Source of the DNA: Squalus acanthias
Taxonomy: Eukaryota
Length of the DNA stretch: 64,000 bases
Assembly: GCA_030390025.1 (NCBI GenBank)
Contig: CM059432.1
Location: 110,114,001-110,178,000 of the forward strand
Direction: 5' to 3'
Positions within the stretch are counted from its first letter, which is position 1. Every line of letters starts with the position of its first letter. Made by a program: the position numbers and the translations under genes. The notes beneath the pieces are model-generated. The model did no database searches. It was given only the letters and a program-made list of their open reading frames with translations, and was not told the origin of the DNA. Below are positions 14,301 through 27,670 of the stretch, piece by piece.

Positions 14301-15002
14301 TCTGAAAACCCTGTAACCAGGAATGTTGAGCTGCCATTCCTGCCCTTCTTTAAGCCAGGTTTCAGAAATAGCTATATCATACTTCCACGTGTCTATCTGT
14401 GCTCTCAGCTCATCTGCTTTATTCCCTAGCCTCCTTGCGTTGAAGCATACACCATTAAGCACTCCCAAACTCTCTTCTTGTCCATTTTCTAGCCTGTTTC
14501 CTCTGCCTTCCAAACTCACTTACTAATTTTCTGCCTTCCATTTCCAGCTTTGCTTCTCTCCCTTCTGAATTTACACTCAGGTTCCCATCCCCCTGCCAAG
14601 CTACTTTAAACCCTCCCCAACAGCACTAGCAAACTCCCTCACGAGGATATTAGTCCTGGCCCTGTTGACGTGCAACCCATCCAGTTTGTACAGGTCTCTC
14701 CCCCAGAACCAATCCCAATGCCTCAGGAATCTAAAGCCCTCCGTCCTGCACCACCTCTCCAGCCACGCATTAATTGCCCTATCCTCCTATTTCTGTACTT
14801 ACTAGCACGTGACATTGGGAGTAATCCATAAATTACTACGTTTGAGGTCCTGCTTATTAATCTCTTTCCTAGCTCCCTAAAGTCTGCCTGCAGGACCTCA
14901 CCCCTCTTTCTACTTATGTCATTGGAACCGATATGGACTACGATCTCTGGCTGTTCACCCTCCCTCCTCAGAATGCTTTGGAGCCGCTCAGTGACATCTT
15001 TG
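8357..15002 (-). mobile_element. Degenerate CR1 LINE (ORF1 esterase remnant, EN, RT, 3' end), interrupted by a CR1 at 10813-14130
   Basis: RT/C-terminal ORFs at 8595-9564; EN at 10511-10810 resumes at 14131 (LLGVYYRPP); esterase motif VVHIGSND at 14723-15000. Confidence 0.88.
10813..14130 (-). mobile_element. CR1 LINE, 5'-truncated within ORF1; same subfamily as 53596-58757
   Basis: EN ORF 12427-13434 (GVVYRPP, MGDFN, SDHN), RT ORFs 11213-12314, CR1 3' stem-loop and ttctatg tail. Confidence 0.93.
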
Positions 15003-15304
15003 AATGATCCAGAAGAAAATTCAATTAGTTGAGTGGGGAATGGCGGTGCTAGAGAAGAAGTTGAACACAAGGGGCAGAGGAGAATGAGAGAGAGCACTTG
15101 AGAGAATAAGTGAGAATGTAAGCTTTACTGACATTTTCTGTATATTTACATAGCTAATGGGGCACAAAAAAGAACTTAGATTTATATGGTGTTTTTCCAC
15201 ATTCTCAGAATGTCCGAGCATTTCACAGCCAACTTGGAGGATTAGTCACTTATGAAGGCAGCAAACAAATTTAACACAGCAAGAGCCAACAATTATTTTT
15301 TTAG

Positions 15305-16240
15305 CAAAATTAAGCCCATTGCATTAAAAGGGATAGTGTAGCATTGATGTGAAATTAGCTGAGGGACAGAAAGCAGAGAGTAGTGGTGAAAGGTTGTTTT
15401 TCAGACTGGAGGGAAGTTTACAGCGGTGCTCAAGTTGGACCACAGTGTATATACACGAAACTCAGAAATGTAGTAAACAATTAGTAGGATAGAAACAGAC
15501 TTCAGGAGGACACAGACAGACTGGTGAAATGGGCAGGCACATGGCAAATGAAATTTAAAGCAGGGAAGTGTAAAGTGAGGCATTTTGGTAGAAAGAATGA
15601 GGAGAGGCAATATAATCTAAATGGTACAATTTTAAATGAGGTTCAGGAACAGAGACCTGGGAGTGTATGTACACAAATCTTTGAAGGTGGCAGGCCAAGT
15701 TGAAAAGGCTGTTGAAAAAAACCACAGCTTGAGTATTGTGTTCAATTCTGGACACCACATTTTAAGGAGGATGATGAGGCCTTAGAGAGGGTGCAGAGTA
15801 CGAGAATGGTACCAGGCATAAGGGACTTCAGTTATGTGGAGAGACTTGAGAAGCTGAGGTTATTCTCCTTGGAGCAGAGAAGGTTAAGAGGAGATTTGAT
15901 AGGTGTTCAAAATCATGAATGGTTTTGATAGAGTAAATAAGGAGAAACTGTTTCCAGTGACAGAAAAGGACACAGATTTAAGGTGATTGGCAAAAGAACC
16001 AGAGACAACATGATGAATACACTTTTTACGAATCGAGTTATGATGATCAGGAATGCACTGCCTGAAAGGGTGATGGAAGCAGATTGAATAGTAACTTCCA
16101 AAAGGAATTGGATAAATACTTGATGGGGAAAAAAATTCAGAGCTATGGGGAAAGAACAGGGGAGTAGGACTAATCCAATAACTCTACCAAAGAGCTGGCA
16201 CATGCACGATGGGCCAAATGGCCTCCTTCTGTGCAGTATA
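15305..16240 (+). mobile_element. Old CR1 3' fragment
   Basis: Degenerate RT C-terminal segments and gatgggccaaatggcctccttctgtgc 3' end. Confidence 0.75.
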
Positions 16241-18329
16241 ATTCCAGGAATGAGGAGTGGGATCAATGATAAATTAATCTGTTTTGGTGGTGTTTTGAGG
16301 GATAAATGTTGGCCAGGATTCCCCTGAACTACATCTACTGGAATATAATCTTTAATATAAAAGGGGCACTAGAATACTTTGCTTGTATGGATGAGGAGGC
16401 TCATTGTGATCTTGCCCACTTATGTCAACGTGTTGAGGATTATTTTAACTTTGTCGACATGTTGGGGACCATTATAATTTTGTCGACATAAGAAGTTTGT
16501 TGAAATAAGAGGACATGATATACAAATATAAAAATAAAACCATCGAAACAGAATTTTTGAATTTTAAATGTCTTCATTTATTTTCCTTAATTTAAACAAA
16601 GTAGAAATTTAAGAGTAGACCATTTGAAACGCCACATTGCTCTTTTTTAAAAATTTGTTTTATGGGATGTGGGCATCGCTGGCAAGGCCAGCATTTATTG
16701 CCCATCCCTAATTGCCATTGAGAAGCTGGTGGTGAGCCGCCTTCTTGAACCGCTGCAGTCCGTGTGGTGAAGGTACTCCCACAGTGCTGTTTAGTAGGGA
16801 GTTCCAGGATTTTGACCCAGCGATGATGAAGGATCGGCGATATATTTCTAAGTCAGGATGGTGTGTGACTTGGAGGGGAACTTGGAGGTGGTGGTGTTCC
16901 CATGCGCCTGCTGCCCTTGCCCTTCTAGGTGGAAGAGGTCACGGGTTTGGGAGGTGCTGCTGAAGAAGCCTTGGCGGGTTGCTGCAGTGCATCTTGTAGA
17001 TGGTACACACTGCAGTCACGGTACGCCGGTGGTGGAGGGAGTGAATGTTTAAGGTGGTGGATGGGGTGCCAATCAAGCGGGCTGCTTTGTCCTGGACGGT
17101 GTCGAGCTTCTTGAGTGTTGTTGGAGCTGCACTCATCCAGGCAAGTGGAGAGTATTCCATTACACTCCTTACTTGTGCCTTGTAGATGGTGGAAAGGCTT
17201 TGCGGAGTCAGGAGGTGAGACACTCACCGCAGAATACCTAGCCTCTGATCTGCTCTTGTTGCCACATTATTTATGTGGCTGGTCCAGTTAAGTTTCTGGT
17301 CAATGGTGACCCCCAGCTGAAGATGGTTGGGCCTAGGACACTGCCCTGAGGAATTCCTGCAGCGATGTCCTGGGGCTGTGATGATTGACCTTCAACCACC
17401 ACAACCATCTTCCTTTGTGCTAGGTATGACTCCAACCAGTGGAGCGTTTTCCCCCCACCGATTCCCATTGACTTCAGTTTTACTAGGGCTCCTTGATGCC
17501 ACGCTCGGTCAAATGCTGCCTTTAATGCCAAGGGCAGTCACTCTCACCTCACCTCTGGAATTCAGCTCCTTTGTCCATGTTTGGACCAAGACTGTAATGA
17601 GGTCGGGAGTAGAGTGGTCTTGGCGGAACCCAAACTGGGCATCAGTGAGCAGGTTATTGGTGAGTAAGTGCCGTTTGCTAGCACTTTCGATGACACCTTC
17701 CATCACTCTGCTGATGATTGGGAGTAGACTGATGGTGCGGTAAATGGCCGGGTTGGATTTGTCCTGCTTTTTGTGGACAGGACATACCTGGGCAGTTTTC
17801 CACATTGTCAGATAGATGCCAGTGTTGTAGCTGTACTGGAACAGCTTGGCTAGAGGCGCGGCTAGTTCTGGAGCACAAGTCTTCAGCACGATAGCCGGGA
17901 TGTTGTCAGGGCCCATTGCCTTTGCTGTATCCAGTGCGCTCAGCCGTTTCTTGATATCACGTGGAATGAATCGAATTGGCTGAAGACTGGCTTCTGTGAT
18001 GGTGGGGACCTCGGGAGTAGGCCGATATGGATCATTCACTTGGCACTTCTGGCTGAAGATGGTTGCAAACACTTCAGCCTTGTCTTTTGCACTCACGTGC
18101 TAGGCTCCACCATCATTGACGATGGAGATATTCATGGAGCCTTCTCCTCCCGTTAGTCGTTTAATGGTCCACCACCATTCACGACTGGATGTGGCAGGAC
18201 TGTAGAGCTTTGATCTGATCCGTTGATTGTGGGATTGCTTAGCCCTGTTTATAGCATGCTGCTTCTGCTTTTTAGCATGCATGTAGTACTGTGTTGCAGC
18301 TTCCCCAGGTTGGCACCTGATTTTTAGGT

Positions 18330-21300
18330 TCCAGTCATTAAAGTAAAAGTAAGGTCTCTAGTTTAGAGTAAGTAGTGTTTAAAGGGAAGTAAGGTCCAGA
18401 GTATATTTAATATTGTTTAATTTAAAGGGAGTATATTAAGGGTAGGACATGGCAGGGTAGCTTGGCAGCGTGGAGTGCTCCTCCTCTGCTACGTTGGAAG
18501 TCAGGGACACTTTCGGTGTCCAGGGCGAACGCATGTGCAGGAAGTGTCTCCAGCTGCAGCTACTCGAAATCTGCGTTTTGGAGCTGGAGCTGCGGCTGGA
18601 GTCACTGTGGAGCATCCGCGAAGCTGAGATCTTCGTGGATAGCACGTTTAACAAGGTGGTCACACCGCAGGTAAAGAGTGCACAGGCAGACAGGGAATGG
18701 GTGACCGTCAGACAGAGTCAAAGAACTAGGAAGGTAGTGCACGAGTCCCCTGGGTCCATCTCCCTCTCCAACAGATTTTCCGTTTTGGATACTGATGGGG
18801 GAGATGGTTTCTCAGGGGAATGCAGCAAGAGCCAAGTCCGTGGCACTACGAGTGGCTCAGCTGCACAGGAGGGGAGGAACAAGAGTGGGAGAGCAATAGT
18901 GATAGGGGATTCTATCGTAAGGGGAACAGATAGACGTTTCTGTGGCCGCAGACGTGACCCCAGGATGGTATGTTGCTTCCCTGGTGCCAGGGTCAAGGAT
19001 GTCACTGAACGGCTGCAGGGCATTCTGAAGGGGGAGGGCGAACAGTCAGAGGTCTTGGTTCACATTGGTACCAACGACATGGGTAGAAAGAGGGACGAGG
19101 TCCTGCAACCAGAATTTAGGGAGCTAGGTAGCAGATTAAAAAGCAGGACCTCAAAGGTTGTAATCTCTGGAGTACTCCTAGTGCCACGTGCTAGTGAGTA
19201 TAGGAATAGGAGGATAGAGCAGATGAATGCATGGCTAAAGGGTTGGTGCAGGAGGGAGGGCTTTAGTTTCCTGGATCACTGGGTCTGCTCCTGGGGAAGG
19301 TGGGACCTGTACAAGTCGGACGGGTTGCATTTGAACCGGAACAGGACCAACATCCTTGCAAGGAGGTTTGCTAGTACGGTTGGGAGGCGGGGGAGTTTAA
19401 ACTAACTTGGCAGGGGGGTGGGATACGGAGTGGAGTTATAGTAGGGGGTGATGCACCACCAAATATAGAGGAAAAAACAAGTCAGCCTGGAAGGCAGAGC
19501 AAATATGTAACGGTACAAGGGAGTATGGCAAGGCTGGATCGCATTTATTTTAATGCGAGGAGTCTTGCGAGTAAGGCAGATGAACTGAAGGTGTTGATGA
19601 ACACATGGGAGTATGATATTGTTGCTATCACAGAGACATGGTTGAGGGAGCGGCAGGACTGGCAGCTCAATATTCCAGGGTATAGAATAATCAGGCGAGA
19701 CAGAGGGGGGGTGTAAAAGAGGAGGGGGTGTCGCAATATTAATCGAGGAGTCAATTACTGCTGTAAGGAGGGACGATATCTTAGCAGGTTCCTCCAATGA
19801 GGCCATATGGGTAGAACTTAAAAACAAAAAGGGGGCAAGCACTTTGCTGGGAGTGTACTATAGGCCCCCAAACAGTCAGGGGGAGATAGAGGAACAGATA
19901 TGTAGGCAAATCTCAGAGAAGTGTAGAAATAATAGGGTAATAATAGTAGGGGATTTCAACTTCCCCAATATTAACTGGGATAGTCAAGAGTGTGAAAACT
20001 TAGAGGGTGCGGAATTCTTAAAGTGCATCCAGGAGAGCTTTTTGAGCCAGCATGTAGAAAGTCCCACAAGAGAGGGGGCGGTACTGGACCTAATTCTAGG
20101 GGATGTAGCTGTGCAAGTGGTAGAAGTGTTAGTAGGAGAGCATTTTGGTGACAGTGACCATAAGTCGGTGAGATTTAAGGTAGTCATGGAAAAGGACAAA
20201 GATGGACCGGAGATAAAGGTTCTAAATTGGGGGAAGGCCGATTTTAATATGATAAGGCAGGATCTGGCTAAAGTGGATTGGGATCAGCAACTTGTAGGAA
20301 AATCCACATCAGAGCAATGGGAGTCTTTCAGAAAGGCAAACATGTTCCCATAAAGGTCAAGGGTGGGACCAAAAAGCCCAGGGAACCCTGGATGTCAAGG
20401 GATATACGAGAATGGAGTAGGAAAAAAAGGGAGGCTTTTGGCAGATAAAAAGGACTAAAAACAGTGGAAGCCCTAGGAGGAGTATAGAAAGTACAGGGGG
20501 GTACTTAAAAAAGAAATTAGGAGAGCGAAGAGGGGGCATGAAAAAACATTGGCAGGCAAAATAAAGGAAAATCCCAAGGTATTTTATAAGTATATTAAGG
20601 GCAAGAGGATAACCAGAGAAAGAGTAGGGCCCATTAGGGACCAAAGTGCAATCTGCGTGTAGAGCCGGAAGATTTGGTGAAGTTTTAAATTAATATATTG
20701 CATCTGTGTTCACTATGGAGAAGGACGACGTAGGTATAGAAATCAGGCAGGGGGATTGTGATATACTTGAACAAATTAGTATTGAGAGGGAGGAGGTACT
20801 AGCGGTTTTAGTGGGCTTAAAAGTGGATAAATCCCCAGGCCCAGACGAGATGTAACCCAGGCTGCTGTGTGAGGCAAGGGAGGAGATTGCAGGGGCTCTG
20901 ACACAAATTTTCAGAACCTCTCTGGCCACAGGGGAAGTGCCAGAGGACTGGAGAACAGCTAACGTAGTACCATTATTCAAGAAGGGTAGTAGGGATAAAC
21001 CAGGGAATTACAGGCCAGTGAGCCCAACATCAGTGGTCGGGAAATTATTGGAAAAAATTCTGAGGGACAGAATTAGTCTCCACTTGGAGAGGCAAGGATT
21101 AATCAAGGATAGTCAGCATGGCTTTGTCAGGGGGAGATCATGTCTGACCAATCTGATTGAATTTTGAGGGGGTGACTAGGTGTGTGGATGAGGGTAGTGC
21201 AGTTGATGTGGTCTACATGGACTTCAGTAAGGCTTTTGACAAAGTCCCGCATGGGATCCAGGGCAACTTGGCACATTGGATCCAAAATTGGCTTAGTGGC

Positions 21301-22355
21301 AGGAGGCAGAGGGTGATGGTCGAAGGTTGTTTTTGTGACTGGAAGCCTGTGTCCAGTGGTGTACCGCAGGGATCGGTGCTGGGTCCTTTGCTGTTTGTAG
21401 TGTACATTAATGATTTAGATATGAATGTAGGAGGTATGATCAGTAAGTTCGCAGATGACACGATAATTGGTGGGGTGGTAAATAGCGAGGAGGGAAGCCT
21501 CAGGCTACAGGACGATATAGACGGGTTGGTTAGATGGGCAGAACAGTGGCAAATGGAATTTAACCCTGAAAAGTGTGAGGTGATGCATTTTGGGAGGACT
21601 AACAAGGCAAGGGAATATACAATGAATGGTAGGACCCTAGGAAGGACAGAGGATCAGAGGGACCTTGGTGTTCATGTACATAGATCCCTGAAGGCAGCAG
21701 GACAGGTAGATAAGGTGGTTAAAAACGCATATGGAATACTTGCCTTCATTAGCCGAGGCATAGAATACAAGAGCAGGGAGGTTATGATGGAGCTGTACAA
21801 AACGCTAGTTAGGCCACAGCTGGAATACTGTGTGCAGTTCTGGTCGCCACACTATAGGAAGGATGTGATTCCATTGGAGAGGGTGCAGAGGAGATTCACC
21901 AGGATGCTACCTGGGCTGCAGCGCTTCAGCTATGAAGAGAGACTGGACAGGCTGGGGTTGTTTTCCTTAGAGCAGAGAAGGCTGAGGGGGGACCTGATTG
22001 AGGTGTACAAAATTATATGGGGCATAGATAGGGTGGATAGAAAGGAACTTTTCCCCTTAGTAGAGGGATCAATAACCAGGGGGCATAGTTTGAAGGTAAG
22101 GGGCAGGAGGTTTAGAGGGGATTGGAGGAAAAACTTTTTCCAGAGGGTGGTTGGAATCTGGAACTCACTGCCTGAAAGGGTGGTAGAGGCAGGAACCCTC
22201 ACAACATTCAAGAAGCATTTAGATGAGCACTTGAAACGCCATAGCATACAAGGCTACGGACCAAGTGCTGGAAAATGGGATTAGAATAGACAGGGCTTGA
22301 TGGCCGGCGCGGACACGATGGGCCGAAGGGCCTCTTTCTGTGCTGTATAACTCTA
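18330..22355 (+). mobile_element. Near full-length CR1 LINE (ORF1 plus frameshifted ORF2)
   Basis: ORF1 18449-19405, EN 19525-20353, RT 20937-22284 (PQGSVLGP, KFADD), 3' stem-loop and ctctatg tail. Confidence 0.95.
18449..19405 (+). pseudogene. CR1 ORF1p: Cys motif/leucine zipper plus SGNH(GDSL) esterase; premature TAG at codon 4
   Basis: ATG GCA GGG TAG here versus ATG GCA GGG CAG in the 30799 copy; motifs IVIGDS, HIGTND, DGLHL. Confidence 0.85.
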
Positions 22356-24494
22356 TGCCTGGTGCTGCTCCTGGCATGCTCTTCTACACTCCTTATTGAA
22401 CCAGGGTTGGTCCCCTGGCTTGATGGTAATGGTACAGTGAGGGAAATACCGGGCCATGAAGTTACAGATTGCGGTGAAATACAATTCTGCTGCTGCTGAT
22501 GGCCCACAGCACCTCATGGATGTCCAGTTTTGAGCTGCTAGATCTGTTCTGAATCTATCCCATTTAGCACGGTGGTAGTGCCACACAACACGATGGAGGG
22601 TGCCCTCAGTGTGAAGACGGGACTTCGTCTCCACAATGACTGTGCGGTGGTCACTGCTACCAATACTGTCATGGACAGATGCATCTGCGGCAGGTAGATT
22701 GGCGAGGACTAGGTCAAGTAGGTTTTTCCCTCGTGTTGGTTTTCTCACCACCTGTCGCAGGCCCAGACTGGCAGTTATGTCCTTCAGGACTCGGCCAGTA
22801 GTGGTGCTACCGAGCCACTCTTGGTGATGGACACTGAAGTCCCCCACCCAGAGTACATTCTGTGCCCTTGCTACTCAGTGCTTCTTCCAAGTGGTGTTCA
22901 ACATGGAGGAGTACTGATTCATCAACTGAGGGAGGGTGGTAGTTGGTAATCAGCAGGTTTCCTTGCCCATGCTTGACCTGAAGCCATGAGACCTCCCTTT
23001 CTCTGTACTCTCCTCGAGACCTACAACCCTCCACAAACTCACCATTCCTCTTCCTTTTGTGCATCCCTCCCCCCTTCATTCCACAACTGGCAGCTGTGCC
23101 TTTAGCCAGCTAGGCCCCAAGCTTTGGAACTCCTTTCAGCTTCTCCACCGCCCTCTTCCTTTAAGGCGCTCCTTAAAACCCACCTCTCTGACCAAGCTTT
23201 TGGTCATCCCTCCTAATAATGCAACCATATTTTTCCAGATTATACCTCCGAGAAGCGTCTCCGGAGTTTTTCTATATTAAAAGGTGCAAGTTGTTGTTGT
23301 ATTTCTTTTGTATAATGTCAAAGTGTTTTGCTAACCTGCTTTATGAGCTCACACATTAGGCCATCCAGTGCTCTGCAGAATTTCAGCTTGGCAATTACAA
23401 CTACGGCTTCATCTTTTACTAGTTCAGTGCCACTAGTTTTCAATTATCTTTGTAAGTCATTGAGAGCAGTCGCCCACCTTTAGTTTGTGGTTAACAGCTC
23501 ATTTACACTGAACAAGCACAGTTATTTCAGTGCTAAGTTGCTTGTCAATCATTTAGGAGGCTCTCTGTTGCTGATCTCTTTTATATAGTTTTAAGTTGTG
23601 TCAAATTGAGGCTTTTCTTTTCATTCCTGTCTGCTTAAACTGGGCAATCAGTTTTTGATTTCAACCTAATGAAGCAATTCTTCAGTCAATGTCTTCAAGT
23701 GTATCCAAGTCAAACAACTTCTACTATTTTTGATCTTTTTTGTGCATCGAAAATGCGATGAAATCCTAAATAAATCAAGACTACAACACAACTTTGTTTG
23801 GACCTATATTACATATTGAATGTGTCCAACTTTTAATGGCATACTAGTCAGTCAGTCATATTCTTAGATACTTGACTTAGTGACTTGCAAGTCCATTTAT
23901 GGGATACTTGTAATGAATAGGGCATTTCTGATCAGATTGTCACTTGGTCAAAACTGTAAATTGAAGAGTGCCAACAATAGATATGGAAATAAACCAACTG
24001 CAGGTTCCTATATAAGGTACTTAAACAACTTGGAAAACTCAAGCCTGCCTAATGACCAAGAAATTATTTTTCGATGATCACTCAATTTCCGTCTGCAGAC
24101 CCCAACAGAAATATTCTGTGGTATACTGGGATGAGATTTTGCAGCAGACAGAACTGCAAAAATTATGGTGTCTCATCTCTGTCCTTGGAATTGAGTATTG
24201 AAGATTCTATCATGAGTAAAAGTACTGCTCCCCACTTACCTCCCAAACCAATATATTCAGCTCTTGCCTCTGTACCAACAGGATTTCTATCCTGAAATAT
24301 TTATGCTAAGAGATAGCTCTTCTTAAAATGTTGAGTTACTCACACCATTCTCAGACCAAGTAATAGGAAGACAGCATGCTTATGAACATCCATCAACATG
24401 ATGTGGCCAGTTGTATTGATCACACCCTCTATTTATGAATTACACAGTATTCATGTTTTTGAGAGGAATATTCTCCATAAACACTGGAATAATG

Positions 24495-25390
24495 GAGGAG
24501 ATTTACCAGAATAGTACCAGGAATGAGTGACTTCAGTTATGTGGAGAGCTGGGATTGTTCTCCTTAGAGCAGAGAAGGTTAAGAGGGGGGGATTTAATAG
24601 CGGTGTTCAAAGTAATGAGGGATTTTGATAGAGAAACTGCTTACACGGGCCGGGTCAGTAACCAGAGGATACAGAAGAACATAAGAAATAGGAGCTGGAG
24701 TAGGCCATTTGGCCTTTCAAGCTTGCTCCGCCATTCAACAAGATCATGGCTGATCTTCAACCTCAACTCCACCTTCCCAATGTTTACTAAATCCTACAGG
24801 TACACTCTATCCTACAGCACTATCCCCATATCCCTTAATTCCCAAAGATTTATCGACTTCCACCTTGAATATACTGAACGACTGAACATCCACAGCTCTC
24901 TGGGGTAGAGAATTCCAAAGATTCACAATCCTTTGAGTGCAGAAATTTCTCCTCATCTCAGTCCTAAATGGCCGACCCCTTATTCTGAGACTGTGACTCC
25001 ATGTTCCAGACTCCAGCCAGGGGAAACATTTTCTCAGCATTAACCCTGTGAAGCCCCTTAAGAATTTTGTATGTTTCAATTAGATCACTCCTATGAGGAG
25101 AGATTGAGTAGACTAGGCCTATATTCAGATTTAAGGTAATTGGCAAAAAGCAAGGGAGGAGATAAGGAGATATTTTATTATGCAGCGAGTTGTTGTGGTC
25201 TGGAATGCACTGCCTGAAAGGGTGGTGGGAGCACATTCAATAGTATCTTTCAAAAGGGAAAGGGATAAATATTTGAAAAGGAAAAGTTTGCAGGACTATG
25301 GGTAAAGAGCAGTGGGACTAATTGGATAGCTCTTTCAAAGAGCTGGCACAGGCACGATGGGCCAAATGGCCTCGTTCTGTGTTGTACAAT
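24495..25390. mobile_element. Cluster of CR1 3' fragments in both orientations
   Basis: FSLEQRRLRG on +, an antisense 3' end at about 24675-25090, and a + 3' end at about 25090-25390. Confidence 0.75.
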
Positions 25391-26286
25391 TATAATATTC
25401 TTTCTTGGAACTCCTATTGGTGAAACTGGATTACCAAATCCTTTCATATAATTTTAATCTGGCTGCAACATGCAGGGTGCTCTGACAAACCCAATAACTA
25501 CTTTGTAATAGTTTTATGCTTGGATTAATGGCCCTGATTTTGAAAAAGGGGAGTGCGAACGGTACGCACAAGCCCCAGCCCCAAAACAGACGGCGCATCC
25601 GGAGGTGTGGGCTGGAACTCTGGACCAGAAAGTTTGAGTGGCATTGCATTGTCATTAAAAAGGTCCTCACATCATTAAGTACCAGCCCCAACTTTCTGCA
25701 GCAAGTTTAATTTGTTTAAAATGCAGTAATTTCTTGAAACTCACGGGGAGGTTGTGGGTGAGCTCCCGTTTAAGCGAGGCTAACGGGGAGCAGTGCAAAT
25801 CATTCAGCAATCTGTAGCGATTCGCAACTCACGCCATATCTCTTCTTTGCCACAAATTGCTGGGTTATGTACGTGCTAATAACGGTGTGCGTACTAAACT
25901 CTTATTTTGCCAGCAAATTCTGGACCTAAATAAAAAAAGTTCCCCGAAATTGAGATTTTATTTTAAGCTCATGCAAATTATTTAACTATAAAGGGGAAAA
26001 TGGTAATTGCCACCTTTCTATAAAGAACTCCTTCATTTCCTGAAGCATGCTATTAAAAAAAGATACACACACACACCCCACACCAGTATTAACTCTACCC
26101 AGTCACTGTGGAGGATTCCTGAATAAACATCTATTGCATCACCTTTTCCAGGTTCTGATTACCAAATTGAAGTAGAACATTTTCAACATCAACAGCTTGC
26201 ATTTATATAGTGCCTTTAATGTAGTAAAACGTCCCAAGGTACTTTTAAACATTTTTAACATACGGTCTGAGCAATAATTACTGTAC

Positions 26287-26412
26287 CTTTTCAATCTGAT
26301 CCGTTTGGAGCAAGTCACTTTTTTCAGTCAGGTTTGGCCGAAATGTTTCAGGCTCCAAGTCAGGCTTTGCAGTTGTATTTTGCCTCATACTGGTTTCTTC
26401 TCGTGTTGTTAT
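26287..26412 (-). CDS. OXR1: OXR1 internal coding exon, 42 aa, phase 0-0
   Basis: Translates ITTREETSMRQNTTAKPDLEPETFRPNLTEKSDLLQTDQIEK, resembling OXR1 ITTRED...FRPNL...LL.DQIEK. ttttAG acceptor and GTacag donor; 126 nt; joins the 4355 exon in frame. Confidence 0.93.
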
Positions 26413-27589
26413 CTAAAAGCAGGGACAATATTAATAACCACAACTCTCTACCAGTTGCCTTCAGTAATTACCGTGAACTGAAAAAGGTACTGGTCTATGA
26501 TCTCATACAACAGACAGCAAGTGCAGATTACGACTAAGCAGCAATCCCAGAGTGTTTCAGGCTTCACTTCTCAAATACAGCACTGCCTTTTTAAAATAAA
26601 AAAAAGAAGCTCAAAAGCAAAGCTCCTGTATTTTTGTTTGTTCCAAAAAAAATTAATGTGCAGTCCACTACAAAATATGGTATCCTCAATTCTTCAAGGC
26701 AAATTTAATAAGGTTTTGCAGCAGACTTGTCCTCACTGTTCAGTACAAGGAAGAAGTGCAACTACAAGTCAGGAATTCTTAAAATGAGAGTCAGAATTCC
26801 GATCAAAACATCTTCACATTAGCTCACATTTGAATTTGAAAACCCAGGTACTAATATAAGGTGACCAAAATTAAAAAAAACTTAACTTTAAGGACGATCA
26901 TTTCCCCTTTCTTAATTTTCCTGTGTACTAATCCAAGAGCTTTAAATTATCATATGGCTAAAATTCGGCATTGAAATTTCAACAATGCCACTGCCATTAT
27001 CAATGTACAGTGCAGGATCAGTGCTGCCACTGGCAAGCTGGGATGCACAGCAATTCAACAATACAGCGCTACTATTGGAGTCTATGATGAAAGTTGAGAG
27101 GAATGCAGGCAATTAGAGAATTTACTGTAAATACACGACATTAAGATGAGGCACAATCATCACAGACTCTCTGCTCAACTTCCGCAATCTCATCAGCAAA
27201 GATTTTCCTCCACATCAAATCGCACACATCAAATTCTGCAGTAAAACAAATGAGAAACTACTCATTGTCACAATGGTCATGTGATAACGAGCGCACTTTG
27301 CAAGGAACCTATGGAATATATGGAGGGCAGAAAATTCCTAATTTTGCCCCCATCCCATAATTAACTCCCCTTCATGCAACGTGTTTCATTCAACTAACTA
27401 TTACACACCACTGCACCACAAGTGTATCCAAAAATAAGGAATTTTCTGCTAAGCTTTGGTAAAGTGCTGCTGCTGAGGCAAATATGATGTAGGTGTGTTT
27501 GCCACTGATAAAAATCTGGGATGCACGGAGCCACATCTGCTCTAATTCTTTGGGCAAATGTATAATGGGTTTAACTACAGATGGGGCAC

Positions 27590-27670
27590 CTTGAGACGTC
27601 TGCAGAGCTTGCGCAGTTCTTCAGCATTAAGAGCATCGATCCTGCGATGGTACTCAGTCACTGATACTAC
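27590..27670 (-). CDS. OXR1: OXR1 27-aa exon (likely cassette), phase 0-0
   Basis: Translates VVSVTEYHRRIDALNAEELRKLCRRLK, nearly identical to the recalled OXR1 segment VVSVAEYHRRIDALNTEELRTLCRRLQ. ttcAG acceptor and GTgccc donor; 81 nt. Confidence 0.92.

Larger units (their letters stand above)
16643..22992 (-). mobile_element. Family B LINE (16643-18329 and 22356-22992), split by a CR1 insertion
   Basis: RT ORF 17509-18096 (KAMGPDNIP, QFGFRQ) and EN ORF 22353-22847 (GDF, SSDH). The junction reconstitutes tttttaggt-a(c/t)gcctggtgct as seen at about 46850. Confidence 0.88.

Noticed and set aside
21157..22284. Active reverse transcriptase gene
   Set aside because: ORF2 is frameshifted upstream and lacks about 27 nt relative to the 33600 copy; no intact autonomous LINE in the window.
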